A stretch of DNA of 64,000 nucleotides, taken from assembly GCA_963818965.1 (NCBI GenBank), contig CAWFUG010000012.1, positions 32,001 through 96,000 of the forward strand, read 5' to 3'. The notes under the pieces are model-generated. The model had not been told where the DNA came from. It did not search any database and saw only the letters and a program-made list of their open reading frames with translations. This document shows positions 50,758 through 61,702 of the stretch, one piece after another (the first letter of the stretch is position 1; each line of letters starts with the position of its first letter). The position numbers and the translations under genes are program-made. This DNA is from an uncultured Verrucomicrobiae bacterium (lineage in GTDB: Bacteria > Chlamydiota > Chlamydiia > Chlamydiales > Rhabdochlamydiaceae).

Positions 50758-52737
50758 TCTAAAATCCTCAGCGTTTCGTAGTGCTGCATGAGATCGCGGA
50801 AGTGAGCAGCATCTTCAAAACGCAGCTCCTTGGCACATTTGCGCATCTCTGTCTCACACTCTTTAATCTTCTCTTCGATCTCAGCTGCGGTCAAATGAGA
50901 AGGGCTTTTAGCCTCTTCTTGAAGCACAGCTGCCGCTTCTCCAAATGTTTCCACAAGACCTTCTACGCGCTCTCTTTTGGCACTACGCGGCGTGATCCCA
51001 TGCTTTTCATTGTAGGCCATGCTGGACCGAACGACGCTGCCCTGTGACTTCGATCGTCTTTGTGATCGAAGGGGTCATTCTATCTGCGTACATGATCACT
51101 CGCCCATGGACATTGCGCGCCGCTCTTCCACAGGTCTGGATGAGTGCCGTGTAGGAGCGCAAAAAACCCTCTTTATCGGCATCGAGAATGCAGACAAGGG
51201 AGACCTCAGGCAGATCTAGGCCCTCTCTCAACAGATTGATCCCCACTAAGACGTCGAAGAGCCCCTTGCGCAAGTCATTGAGAATCTGCACCCGTTCGAG
51301 CGTTTCGATATCGGAATGCAAATACTTCGCTCTCACCCCGATTTCATTGAGGTATTTCGTGAGATCCTCAGAGAGTTTTTTCGTCAGCGTCGTCACGAGG
51401 ACCCGGGCATTTTTTTCCGTTTCAAGGCGAATTTGCTCTAGACAGTCGTCGATTTGATTAGTCGCTGGTCTCACTTCGATCATCGGGTCGAGAAGTCCTG
51501 TGGGACGGATGATCTGCTCAGCGACATCTCCATGAGCCTCGTGCACTTCCCATTCTCCTGGCGTCGCAGAGACGTAGACGACCTGTTTGAATTTGCGATA
51601 ACTCTCTTCGAACTTCAAAGGGCGGTTGTCGAAAGCAGAGGGGAGGCGAAAGCCAAATGTGACAAGAGACTCCTTCCGCGCACGGTCTCCATTGTACATC
51701 GCGTGCAATTGAGGTAGCGTCTGATGAGACTCATCGATGAAAATCAGAAAATCCTCTGGGAAATAATCGAGCAAGCAGGGGGGAGGGTCTCCAGGAAGGC
51801 GGCCGCTAAAATGGCGAGAATAATTCTCGATCCCTTTGCAAAATCCGATCTCTTTGATCATTTCGAGATCGTAAAACGTCCGTTGCCGAATCCGCTGCAT
51901 CTCAACCAGCTGATTTTCTTTCTCAAAAAAAGCGATGCGCTCTTTTAATTCCGCTCGAATCGTCTCTAAAGCGTTTAAGCGCACTGACTCTGGTGTGACG
52001 TGGTGGGATCCCGGATAGATCGTAATTGTTTCCAAGCGCCGCTTTACCCTTCCCGTCAGCGGATCGATCTCGCTGAGCCTCTCGATCTCATCCCCGAAAA
52101 ATTCGATCCGATAGCCCAAAGACTCCTCATAGGCCGGCATCACCTCAAGGACATCCCCCCTTCCGCGAAACGTCGCTCGCATCAAATCGAAATCATTGCG
52201 CTTGTAATGCATTTCGACGAGGTGGAGGAGCACCTCATCCCGCCGCCTCTTCTGCCCTACCGCCAAAGAAAGGAGCATCTGGCTGTAGTATTCAGGCAGT
52301 CCCAAGCCGTAAATGCAAGAGACAGAGGCCACGATGATCACATCCTCTCTCTCGATCAATGAGCGGGTCGCACTCAAGCGCATCCGATCGATCTGATCGT
52401 TGATCGCGAGATCCTTTTCGATATAGGTATCCGTGCGAGCGATATAGGCTTCTGGCTGGTAGTAATCGTAGTAAGAAACGAAATATTCGACCGCGTTTTC
52501 AGGGAAAAACGCTTTGAACTCCTGATACAATTGGGCAGCTAGCGTTTTGTTATGCGCGATGATCAACGTGGGGCGGTTCACGCGAGCGATCACATTGGCC
52601 ATGGTGAACGTCTTTCCCGATCCCGTAACACCCAAAAGCACTTGCGCTTTTTTTTTCTGTTCGAGCCCCGTGACGAGCTTCTCGATGGCACCGGGCTGGT
52701 CTCCACAGGGCAAAAAATCAGTTCTTAAGTGAAACAA
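50754..52737 (-). CDS. uvrB: Excinuclease ABC subunit B, frameshift near 51021
   Basis: [29 protein letters not shown]; the C-terminal UVR coiled coil (FEDAAHFRD) is in the second frame. Confidence 0.96.
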
Positions 52738-52738
52738 A

Positions 52739-53965
52739 TTATTTCCAAGGATTGGTATTAATTCCCATCATGCTGGCGATTTGAACGGCCATGATCAGAA
52801 GGGCAAAGAGAAAAATCGCCACCAAAGAGACCCTTCCTCCCGGTAACGCGTAAGAAGTGCTGATCTTCTTGCGATAACGCCCGACCCAGATCGTCGCAAC
52901 AGGGAGAAATCCGAATAAAATGGTCGTACATATCCCCCCAGCAAAATTCAATGCTTTAAAAAACAGCTGCGGATAGATCGCCGACAAAATCAATGGAGGA
53001 AGCAGTGCCGTCATACACAAAATGCCACTTTCCTCCTTCTTGTAGCTGAGCTTAAAACCATCTGCCAAAAAATGGACAAGGCCGAGCGCCTGTGCCAGAA
53101 AGGAGGTGAGAAGGGCGAAAAACGCAAGCCCCTGAGAAAAGGTGCGCACCCAGGGGGACCCGAGTATCATCGCAATCGATTGCGATGCCTCTCGGTCCGT
53201 TTTCAGACTCATGAGCAATCCATTTTCTCCTTCTAAAGGAACGATCCCTAGAACGAGGAGCTCCCAAATCAGATAGATCGCCAAGACCATTAAACTCCCA
53301 CCGAGAATCGTGACGCGGATCCGCTTGAGATCCCCTTTGAGATAATGGCTCAAACTCGGAATCATGTTGTGAAACCCAAAGGCAATCACAAGTAGAGGGA
53401 GGGCCGAAAGGGCATAAGAGGGATCTGATCGAGTCAAAAGCGGCATCTCGATGTATTGCGACCCAATCAAGACGAGGAGGAGGAAAAATCCGATTTTGCC
53501 GATCATCAAACCGCGATTGAAGAGATCGACTCGACGTGTTCCCAAATAGATCACCCAGCCAAACAATAGCACGAAAAATAAAGCGCCTAAAGAGGGGGGC
53601 AAATCGATCTGGAATGTCAATTTAAAAAACGTATGACAAAGCCCCCCGATCCCTGAGACGTAGGCGACGAGAAGCGCATAGAAAAGAAAGAGGTAGGTCA
53701 CCCAACAGGTCCGTTTCCCCCAATTGCCTAATGAGTAGGAGAAAATCGAAAGCAAATTGACCTTTTGGGAAGAAAACCAAGCATTGGCTTCGACAACCAG
53801 AAACGCTGTCGCCGTCATAAAGAGCCATCCTAAAAAGAGGAGTCCCAAAGAGGGGAAAAAGCCGGAGAGTCCGGTTACGATCGGCAAACCGAGCATCCCT
53901 GCACCGATACAGCTCCCTGCGATCAGCAGGACCCCTCCAAAAACGCTCCCCTTTCTCTCGCTCAC
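52739..53965 (-). CDS. tyrP: Aromatic amino acid permease (TyrP/HAAAP family)
   Basis: [28 protein letters not shown]. Confidence 0.88.
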   Translation of the reverse strand: MSERKGSVFGGVLLIAGSCIGAGMLGLPIVTGLSGFFPSLGLLFLGWLFMTATAFLVVEANAWFSSQKVNLLSIFSYSLGNWGKRTCWVTYLFLFYALLVAYVSGIGGLCHTFFKLTFQIDLPPSLGALFFVLLFGWVIYLGTRRVDLFNRGLMIGKIGFFLLLVLIGSQYIEMPLLTRSDPSYALSALPLLVIAFGFHNMIPSLSHYLKGDLKRIRVTILGGSLMVLAIYLIWELLVLGIVPLEGENGLLMSLKTDREASQSIAMILGSPWVRTFSQGLAFFALLTSFLAQALGLVHFLADGFKLSYKKEESGILCMTALLPPLILSAIYPQLFFKALNFAGGICTTILFGFLPVATIWVGRYRKKISTSYALPGGRVSLVAIFLFALLIMAVQIASMMGINTNPWK

Positions 53966-55605
53966 TTGTACTCTAGCCTCTTTTCTACGATCCGGATCTC
54001 TTGTCCCAGACGTCCCAATTCATATCCCTCGTAGTCGACGAATTTGAAGAATTTCTCAAAACAGGGAAATACTTTAGAGATTTGTTTCGCAAACTCTTGC
54101 GCGATAAACCGATAGGTCGGATGACCGGCCGGCGAAGAGCGCAATTCGCAAAGCCACTGTAGAGCGCGTAAATTCACATGGAAATACCAATGCATGTTGT
54201 AAGCCATCGGCACAGCATATTGCGCTTCTTCTGGCAATTCCTCTGCGATCGATTCGTACACCTTTTTCGCCTCATCCATCGCTTCGCGATACTTAGACTC
54301 GAGATCCGTATTTAAAATTTCCGTTGGAATGAAATACCCAAAATCACATGTCAATAGCTGCCGCTCTTGCGTGAGCATCCGGTGACGCTGTAAGTCTCGA
54401 TAGACCCCAAAATCGGCAACCACTTCAAATGTAAAAGTCGCATGTTCTAAAGCCCGAGGAGATTTGTGCCGCCTATTTTCGCGGAAATTCGCCGCTGAAT
54501 CGAGGATCCGATTGAGCTCCTCCTCAGACAATTGTCGACACAGCTCTTGAGTTTCATAGAGCCCCGCCTGAGAATGCTCAAAGAGAAGAGCTGCTGCGAC
54601 TTTATAGGGTGCCTCGCTGTCGTAATTGATCAGCCGTACTCCAGGATTTTCCATCTTGCCGACAGAAGAAGCATGCCGATCCGACAAGAGTTTGATATCA
54701 TTCGACATCTGTTCTGAATATTGAGCAAAGGCACGTTGGTACTTGTGCGCAGGATCTCCTCGACGAATGAAAGAAGGGATCACCTTCGAGAGCTCCTGAA
54801 AAGACTTCCGGCCGATGTCCTGCATTTCGACGAGATTGTGAGCATTGAGCTTCTGAATCAAACACTCGAAAAAGCGCCCGTTCCCATACACACCCATATT
54901 CGTCAACGCACTCGCAGGTAAAAGTCCTCGCAAACAATCGAGCACTTTTGCGCGCAGCGCTGCCGTATAAGCGATCTTCGAGACATCGTGTTCTCTCGGT
55001 GTCTTCTTCTCCATGAGATCCATCAAAGGAGGGACGAGCGCCGAGTAGGTTTCAAAGAGAAAATTGCACGTCTTTAAATAGGCCTCTCGATAAGCAGAGG
55101 TCATCAAGATCGGCTCTCGATAGAAGAGATACTCCCCATTGACCTTCTGATCGAAATAGATATAGCGGGTCGACTTTTCCAAGGGAGATCCCCCGATCCG
55201 ACAGTCTTCGATGATCTTCGCTGCGATCATCGAGACATTTTCGATCGCCAAATGCGCTCCACCCAATTCCCCAATCGAGTCATCTCCATACCCATCGAGG
55301 ATCCGGTCGTAGAAATTCTGCGCCTTCTTGATCGCCATGATCTGATCTTCGAGATCGACATCTTCCGCTTCCTTCACCATCTGCGCTCCAGAAATCGCGC
55401 TGAAAGCCGTCTCCTCATTCAAAATAAAATCTTTGAGCAATAAAGAGCGTAGCCCTAAGCTCGACCGCGAGTACCGGGAAAACAAAGCTCCCTTAATTAC
55501 CTCTGGCAAGTTGCGCAGCGCAAAGATATTGCCAGAAGTATTCGTCACATACCGCTGTAAAATTTTGATCTGGCTCTCGTTGAATTCTTCATATTCTTCA
55601 ATCAT
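53962..55605 (-). CDS. thyX: Flavin-dependent thymidylate synthase, chlamydia-type double Thy1 domain
   Basis: EKSTRY, RGLLP, DLQRHR..TQ, NLRAL..LR. Start set at MIEEY (55605). Confidence 0.9.
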   Translation of the reverse strand: MIEEYEEFNESQIKILQRYVTNTSGNIFALRNLPEVIKGALFSRYSRSSLGLRSLLLKDFILNEETAFSAISGAQMVKEAEDVDLEDQIMAIKKAQNFYDRILDGYGDDSIGELGGAHLAIENVSMIAAKIIEDCRIGGSPLEKSTRYIYFDQKVNGEYLFYREPILMTSAYREAYLKTCNFLFETYSALVPPLMDLMEKKTPREHDVSKIAYTAALRAKVLDCLRGLLPASALTNMGVYGNGRFFECLIQKLNAHNLVEMQDIGRKSFQELSKVIPSFIRRGDPAHKYQRAFAQYSEQMSNDIKLLSDRHASSVGKMENPGVRLINYDSEAPYKVAAALLFEHSQAGLYETQELCRQLSEEELNRILDSAANFRENRRHKSPRALEHATFTFEVVADFGVYRDLQRHRMLTQERQLLTCDFGYFIPTEILNTDLESKYREAMDEAKKVYESIAEELPEEAQYAVPMAYNMHWYFHVNLRALQWLCELRSSPAGHPTYRFIAQEFAKQISKVFPCFEKFFKFVDYEGYELGRLGQEIRIVEKRLEYK

Positions 55606-55732
55606 TCCCTGACCCATTTTTCCATGTATGCTTTCATGCATGCTTTCTAGAAAAATACCCGAACGGGCGATTTTTGGCATGACCCAAATTTTTCCAGTCG
55701 AGAAGAAATTTGATTTATTATATCCCTGAGTC

Positions 55733-56614
55733 ATGAAACTCCCACACCTAAGCCTCGCCCTTTTAGTCGTTTTTATTTGGGGAATGAACCTCATCGTCGC
55801 CCGTTGGGCACTGAACGATTTTCCTCCCCTTTTCTTGGTTTTCAGCCGATTTTTTTTGGTGAGCATTCCGGCTATTTTCTTCATAAAACGACCAAAGGTC
55901 CACTGGAGGCTCCTTTTCTCCTATGCAATGTTCATGTTTCTCCTCACCTTTTCCCTCTCCTTCTTTGGAATCCAACAAGGTGTCGCCCCCGACTTAGCCT
56001 CGATCCTCCTGCAATCCCAAGCCTTCTTCACGGTGTTCATCGGCTGGGCTTTTTTAAAGGAAAAAATCCACATCTGGCAACTGCTCGGAGGGTTAGTCGG
56101 ATTAGCGGGCATCGCCTTTATCGGAGTAAAAACGCAAGGAACTGCGACAACAGAAGGAGTCGTTCTCATCATGCTCGGGGCTCTGACTTGGGGGATCGGC
56201 AATGGGATTACAAAAAAAATACGCACTGCTAATTTCGTCAGTGTGATCGTCTGGGCGGCATGCCTCTGCACTCCTCTCTCATTCCTCCTCTCTTATTTTT
56301 TAGAAGGCCCTGAGAAAATCTCCACCTCCCTACAAAATTTAAACCTGGCCGATATAGGAGTCCTCCTCTACCTCTCCTACGGTTCCATCCTACTGACCTT
56401 CATCTGTTGGAGTTACCTGTTGCGCAGTTACCCACTGGCGACGATCTCCCCACTGACATTTGCCTGCCCCCTCATTGCAATGGCAGGCGCCACCCTCTTT
56501 CTGGGAGAGCCCCTCGAATCCTGGAAACTCATCGCCGCCGGCGTCATCCTCTTTGGCCTCGCCATCGACTTCGTCGGGACCCGCTTCTTTTTGCCCAAGA
56601 CTGAAAAGTTTTAA
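55733..56614 (+). CDS. EamA/DMT family transporter
   Basis: 10 TM; IWGMN, PP...SRF, LKEKI, LGEPL. Confidence 0.9.
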   Translation: MKLPHLSLALLVVFIWGMNLIVARWALNDFPPLFLVFSRFFLVSIPAIFFIKRPKVHWRLLFSYAMFMFLLTFSLSFFGIQQGVAPDLASILLQSQAFFTVFIGWAFLKEKIHIWQLLGGLVGLAGIAFIGVKTQGTATTEGVVLIMLGALTWGIGNGITKKIRTANFVSVIVWAACLCTPLSFLLSYFLEGPEKISTSLQNLNLADIGVLLYLSYGSILLTFICWSYLLRSYPLATISPLTFACPLIAMAGATLFLGEPLESWKLIAAGVILFGLAIDFVGTRFFLPKTEKF

Positions 56615-56671
56615 GTTGAAAATTTCATGTAATCCCAAATAAGCTATGCCCAAAACTGATAATGGGTCACC

Positions 56672-57685
56672 ATGTCCACACTTCTCCCCGCAACATCTCC
56701 TCTTCTCAGAGAGCTCTTGTCACGACCGCGACGCAACCGTAAAACAATCGCGATCCGCTCGCTCGTTGAAGAGACTACCCTCAAGCCACAAGATCTCGTC
56801 GCTCCTTTTTTCGTCATCGCCGGTCACGAAAGAAGAGAAGCAATCCCCACCATGCCGGGGATCGAGCGTCTCTCGATCGATCTCTTGCTAAAAGAAGCGG
56901 AAGCGCTGCACAAAAGTGGGATCCTCGCCATCGGCCTGTTTCCCGTTGTCCCCGCAGATAAGAAAGACCCCCAAGGCTCTTATGCTCTCAATCCTGAAGG
57001 GATCATCCCACAAGCCGTGCGCCTTCTCAAAAAAGAGATTCCCTCTCTCTGCGTTATCACAGATATCGCTCTCGACCCCTTCACAAGTCATGGACACGAT
57101 GGAATGGTCAACGAAGCAGGCGAAGTGTTGAATGATGAGACGGTCTCGATTTTGGAGCAGATGGCACTCGTGCTCGCAGAGGCGGGCACAGATATCGTAG
57201 CCCCAAGCGACATGATGGACGGCAGAATCCAAGCGATCCGCCGGTATCTCGATCGCCACCACCACAAAAACACGAGCATTTTGTCCTATGCTGCAAAATA
57301 CGCCTCTGCCCTCTATGGCCCTTTTCGAGACACGATCGGCTCCCACCTCAAATTCGGCGACAAAAAGGGATACCAGATGAACCCCGCCAACATCCGAGAA
57401 GCGCTCTGGGAAGGAGCCTTAGATGAAGCAGAAGGTGCCGACATGCTCATGGTCAAGCCCGCCCTGTTTTACCTCGACGTCATCGCCAAACTAAAAGAGC
57501 AATCGCGCCTTCCCATCTGCGCCTACCACGTCAGTGGAGAATACGCCATGGTCATGGCAGCAGAAGAGCGAGGCATGCTCGACGCCTCTCGCGTCTTCCT
57601 GGAAGGCCTCATCAGCATCAAACGCGCCGGCGCCGACTTCATCTTCACATACGCGACAGCGCGCGTGCTTCCTCTGCTGCGTTAG
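56672..57685 (+). CDS. hemB: Porphobilinogen synthase
   Basis: RPRRNR, APSDMMDGRI, YGPFRD, MVKPA, YHVSGEYAM. Confidence 0.97.
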   Translation: MSTLLPATSPLLRELLSRPRRNRKTIAIRSLVEETTLKPQDLVAPFFVIAGHERREAIPTMPGIERLSIDLLLKEAEALHKSGILAIGLFPVVPADKKDPQGSYALNPEGIIPQAVRLLKKEIPSLCVITDIALDPFTSHGHDGMVNEAGEVLNDETVSILEQMALVLAEAGTDIVAPSDMMDGRIQAIRRYLDRHHHKNTSILSYAAKYASALYGPFRDTIGSHLKFGDKKGYQMNPANIREALWEGALDEAEGADMLMVKPALFYLDVIAKLKEQSRLPICAYHVSGEYAMVMAAEERGMLDASRVFLEGLISIKRAGADFIFTYATARVLPLLR

Positions 57686-57770
57686 AGATGCTGCGATTTA
57701 AGCTATTTTTAACTTGCGCGTATGAGCACCTATAATTAGACTGCTCCGCCAATAACATTCCAAGGAAATT

Positions 57771-57968
57771 ATGTTAGCTCTTGCGGCACTGATGTATGCC
57801 GCAGCTGAGGTCCGTAAAGAAACAGCAAAAGAAATAGGAGAACTTCAAGCAGCGCTTTACGCGATTTACAGTCGGCACAAAAACTTCATTGTCGTACCTG
57901 GGGATATGACTCCCAAGGAAAGGGCTGATTTTATTCTCGAACACATCGCCAGGATGGAAGCCCAGTAA
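57771..57968 (+). CDS. Hypothetical 65-aa protein
   Basis: AAGGA RBS, fills an intergenic gap; no recognisable family. Confidence 0.45.
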   Translation: MLALAALMYAAAEVRKETAKEIGELQAALYAIYSRHKNFIVVPGDMTPKERADFILEHIARMEAQ

Positions 57969-58006
57969 TCCAAGTGGGCGGGGTATAGCTTCTAGTGAAA
58001 CATCTA

Positions 58007-59398
58007 TTAGGTCATCTCTTGACCGTCACTGGATTTTAGTCTTAAAAAGATAAACGCTGATGAGCAAACAATACAACCCATGACGAGAAAAGCATAGCGG
58101 AATGGAATGGGGTCATTGAATACAAGCTGATGATCCCAACCCACAAAAAATTGTAGCACCAGCGCGCTCAGCGTGATTCCCAAACCCATTGAGAGCTGTT
58201 GTAATGTACTAGAAATACTCGTTGCATGGCTCATCTCGACTTCGGGCACATCTACGTAATACAAAAGATTCATCCCCAAAAACTGCAATGAAGCGATTAC
58301 TCCATTAATAAAAACTAACGACACAATAAAAGCCGCATCAATTTTTGTGATTAACGAAAAAGAACTTATGGTTACACCTGTTAGTAACGAGGTAGTAGCC
58401 AATATCTTTCGGAATCCCCATCGATGTAAGATGCTTCTATTCATGAACTTCATACTGATCATCCCTACCGCCCAGCCACATGTGAGAAGCCCTGAATGAA
58501 ACGGCGACACCCCGTAACCAATCTGAAAAAACAACGGCAGTAAAAAAGAGAGCCCACTCAGACCCAATCGACTCCACAAATTGCCCACTGCAGCAACCAA
58601 AAAGGTACGTAGGGAAAACAGCTTTAAATTGAGTACCGGATATTTGGTTTTTCGATAATGCCCATAAAATATCAAAAAGCCCAGTACTGATCCTACAAAA
58701 ACCAAGATCCTTAAAAGTCTCGATACAGCGACTGTATCCACTGCTTCAAACACAAAAAAAAGTCCTGCTAAACTCGAGCCAAAAAGAAGAAAACCTATCG
58801 CATCAAACGGACGTAAGAGTTGACTTTTGGTGTTTTTCATATAACGGAGCGCAGTGAAAACGCCTAAAAGCCCAATGGGAACATTGACGTAAAAAATCCA
58901 TGGCCACGAATAATAGGTGGTAATAAATCCACCGATCACAGGACCTAATAGAGGGCCGATCAATGGAGGTGTCGTCATAAAGTTTGTAGCGCGAACCAAT
59001 TCAGATTTGTGAAAAGTGCGCAACATGATTAAACGTCCCACTGGCATCATAAATGATCCGCCCACCCCCTGTAAAATACGAGAGATCACTAACTCTGACA
59101 GGGACTGGGCCATTCCACATCCGATAGAACTGAGGGTGAATATAGATAATGCGAAAATAAAAGTTTTTTGCGTTCCCCATCTATCTGCCACCCAACCGCT
59201 GATAGGAATAAATAAAGCGAGACTTAATAGATAACTGGTCAAAGCCAACTTTAACTGAACCGGATCGACTCCAAAGCTTAAAGCCATGTCAGGGATGGCT
59301 GTACCAATGATCGTAATATCCAATGTCTCCATGAACAAAGCTGTAGCAATGATCCATGGAATGACTTTTTTAGCACTGGTATTATCGTTTACTGTCAC
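58007..59398 (-). CDS. MFS transporter, DHA2 family
   Basis: FMETLDITII, SGWVADRWG, RILQGVGG, PVGRL. Confidence 0.92.
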   Translation of the reverse strand: MTVNDNTSAKKVIPWIIATALFMETLDITIIGTAIPDMALSFGVDPVQLKLALTSYLLSLALFIPISGWVADRWGTQKTFIFALSIFTLSSIGCGMAQSLSELVISRILQGVGGSFMMPVGRLIMLRTFHKSELVRATNFMTTPPLIGPLLGPVIGGFITTYYSWPWIFYVNVPIGLLGVFTALRYMKNTKSQLLRPFDAIGFLLFGSSLAGLFFVFEAVDTVAVSRLLRILVFVGSVLGFLIFYGHYRKTKYPVLNLKLFSLRTFLVAAVGNLWSRLGLSGLSFLLPLFFQIGYGVSPFHSGLLTCGWAVGMISMKFMNRSILHRWGFRKILATTSLLTGVTISSFSLITKIDAAFIVSLVFINGVIASLQFLGMNLLYYVDVPEVEMSHATSISSTLQQLSMGLGITLSALVLQFFVGWDHQLVFNDPIPFRYAFLVMGCIVCSSAFIFLRLKSSDGQEMT

Positions 59399-59484
59399 AA
59401 AAATCCCCTTCCCAAAGGAAGAACGTCTTGATACAACGTCGTTACATAAAAATTAACAGGCTCTAATGTCCTGCTAATTTTATT

Positions 59485-59557
59485 TATACCACAGTCGGCT
59501 TGAAACTTCGAATTTGGACAGCGCGAAAGCTCCTGCGATTGAGGTGGAAGGGGTATA
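59485..59557. repeat. ERIC-like element, deleted copy (arm type E)
   Basis: TATACCACAGTCGGCTTGAAACTTCGAATTTGGACAGC (38 nt) + GCGAAAGCTCCTGCGATT ... GGGGTATA. Confidence 0.7.
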
Positions 59558-59568
59558 GATCCTGCTTG

Positions 59569-60048
59569 TCAAATTCCCGATTCTTCAAGGTGTTTCGGTA
59601 TCATCCCCTCATTTAAAGATAAGTCTAGAGAGGCTTTCGTCCATGAGGAGGGTGACACAAAGTCATGTATCGTAATGGCGATGTCGGTGAGAGGACAGCA
59701 AATACGGGTTACAGCAGGATGATGGTAAAATACATTTGTCTGGGGTCCTAGTTCAAATAGGGCGGGATCTTCACTATGAAGAAAGATCTTCTTTCCAGTT
59801 GCGATCGCAAACCCCAACTCGAGATGCGTTCCGTATCCTCCAGGGAGAAGGACAACGACAAAATCAGTTTTTGAAATACCTTCTAATTCGAGAACCGCGA
59901 CTTCCCGCAACCGCTCTTTGCTGACCGATTTTACGCTTCCATGTACTGTCCAGTCATAGGCAATTTCGTGGCCTAGCGTCTTCAGCGCCTCTCTCACTAG
60001 ATTATGGGCGGCCATTCTCAAAAGAGATGTTGCAATGTAATATTTCAT
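59569..60048 (-). CDS. Nucleoside 2-deoxyribosyltransferase-like protein
   Basis: KYYIA, YDW, DFVVVLLPGGYGTHLELGFAIATGKKI; AGGAG RBS. Confidence 0.7.
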   Translation of the reverse strand: MKYYIATSLLRMAAHNLVREALKTLGHEIAYDWTVHGSVKSVSKERLREVAVLELEGISKTDFVVVLLPGGYGTHLELGFAIATGKKIFLHSEDPALFELGPQTNVFYHHPAVTRICCPLTDIAITIHDFVSPSSWTKASLDLSLNEGMIPKHLEESGI

Positions 60049-60149
60049 GTAACTCCTAAAGCTCGTAACGGTTCAATGACTTGCATTGAAAAAATAAGTC
60101 TATCGATGATCAGAAATTTTTCCTAATCAAAAATTGAAAAATCGGTACC

Positions 60150-60255
60150 ATGCTCCGCGCGCTATAGGAATGGTGCGAGGGGGTATAAAAACTGTTCTTT
60201 TCTTTGGAGGTAAATTTTGGTAAGGTCCACATGTTATACCCCGCGCGTTTAGAAA
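60150..60255. repeat. Two decayed arm-type-B fragments
   Basis: CCGCGCGCTATAGGAATGGTGC...GGGGTATA and TATACCCCGCGCGTTTAGAAAGG. Confidence 0.55.
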
Positions 60256-60298
60256 GGCTAGGTCATTGTTATGGAAATGGGGAAATAGGATTGGACTC

Positions 60299-61702
60299 AT
60301 GATTTCTGCACTTAACAATTTGAACTTTTATATATTTGCTGCAGTGATCGGACTTTTACTTGGCGTGGGTATCTATAAAACAAGACATATCCAGTTAGAA
60401 TCCTCATATCTTTTTGCAGAAAGAAAGACCTCCTGGGGTGCTCTCACTGCAACCTTAGTAATGACTGAGTTCAATAGCGCAACGCTCCTCTCTTTTTGTT
60501 CTTTGGGATATGTGGCTGGATTTTGGGCGCTCATTTTACCTGCCATTTTTCTTATCGGACTCTTGTTTTATGCCTTAACGGTAGCAGAAAAATGGAAACG
60601 TTTCGATGGCTTTTCTGTCGCAGGGTTTTTCAGAGAGAAATATGGAAACAAGATAGGTGTTTTTGCAAGTTCATTGCTTTTGCTATCGATGCTTGGATTT
60701 AGCGCCGCTTACATTAAATCTCTTGCCCTTTTATTTCAGCCTCTTTTCCCTCAGCTTAATCTTTGGATTATCAGCGCAACTCTTGTAGGAACAATCCTAG
60801 CAATGATGCTAAAAGGCGGTCTTACTGCCATTATCCGTACGGATATATTAAGCTTTTTCATGACATTGTTATTTATACCTCTGATGATTTTTTTTGTTTG
60901 GAACCTGCCAACAGAAGAAATTCTTCCATTTTCTTTAGCGCAAGGGCAGGAAATTTTGCCGATCCATTTTGTCTTTTCTTTGACTATTTTAACGATGTTT
61001 ACCTATATTTTAGCCCCTTGGTACGGACAAAAAATTTTTGCTGCTCAATCTGCTAAGACTGCTTACTGGGCAGTTTTTTCAGCAGCAGTTTTTGTCTTTT
61101 TCTTGTACGGAGCAGCGATCTTTGCAACAGCTCTTCTCAAACAAAAGGGAATAGAATGTTCTTCTGCCGAGCAAGCTTTGCCACAATTGATTAATCAATT
61201 CTTCCCGCTAGGGTTTAAAGGTTTCGCTTTTGCGATCCTCTTCACTACTTCAGCGACCACCTTGACGGGGGTCTGGAGTGCCATGACGGCAATGCTCATA
61301 GGGGATTTTCTTAAACCAAAAATCGCCAGTCGCAATCGACCTATTTGGATAACAACATGTTTTGCTGTGCTTTCTTACCTTTTAGCTAATTCCTTAGTCG
61401 ACCATGTTTTTGATAAGCTGATTTTAGCTAACATTCCTGTAGCGGCCCTCTCTTTTGGATTGCTTGCGGGCTTTTATTGGCAGAAAGTAACCCGCCTCGG
61501 CGTCTATTTAAGCATCATAGTGGGATGTATGTGTGGAGTAGGTTCCTACCTCCGATTCGGCGAATCAGGAGGGTACACCTGGTATTGGGCTGTCTATGGA
61601 ATCCCGCTTTCATTTTTGGCTGGAGTTATAGGCTCTTACGGAAGTTTAAAGCTGCGGAATCGATACAATAGCGATCTCCCGTCGGTGGAGGGCCATCTTT
61701 AA
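60299..61702 (+). CDS. Sodium:solute symporter family transporter
   Basis: About 13 TM; YLFAER, GGLTAIIRTD, YWQKVT..G. Confidence 0.8.
   Translation: MISALNNLNFYIFAAVIGLLLGVGIYKTRHIQLESSYLFAERKTSWGALTATLVMTEFNSATLLSFCSLGYVAGFWALILPAIFLIGLLFYALTVAEKWKRFDGFSVAGFFREKYGNKIGVFASSLLLLSMLGFSAAYIKSLALLFQPLFPQLNLWIISATLVGTILAMMLKGGLTAIIRTDILSFFMTLLFIPLMIFFVWNLPTEEILPFSLAQGQEILPIHFVFSLTILTMFTYILAPWYGQKIFAAQSAKTAYWAVFSAAVFVFFLYGAAIFATALLKQKGIECSSAEQALPQLINQFFPLGFKGFAFAILFTTSATTLTGVWSAMTAMLIGDFLKPKIASRNRPIWITTCFAVLSYLLANSLVDHVFDKLILANIPVAALSFGLLAGFYWQKVTRLGVYLSIIVGCMCGVGSYLRFGESGGYTWYWAVYGIPLSFLAGVIGSYGSLKLRNRYNSDLPSVEGHL

Noticed and set aside
53962..55884. Unusually long ThyX
   Set aside because: Double-domain ThyX is known in chlamydiae; the extra ~93 N-terminal residues in the track overlap the divergent EamA gene and are spurious.
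59400..59484. Riboswitch upstream of the MFS gene
   Set aside because: Only an AT-rich hairpin is visible; no recognisable riboswitch consensus.
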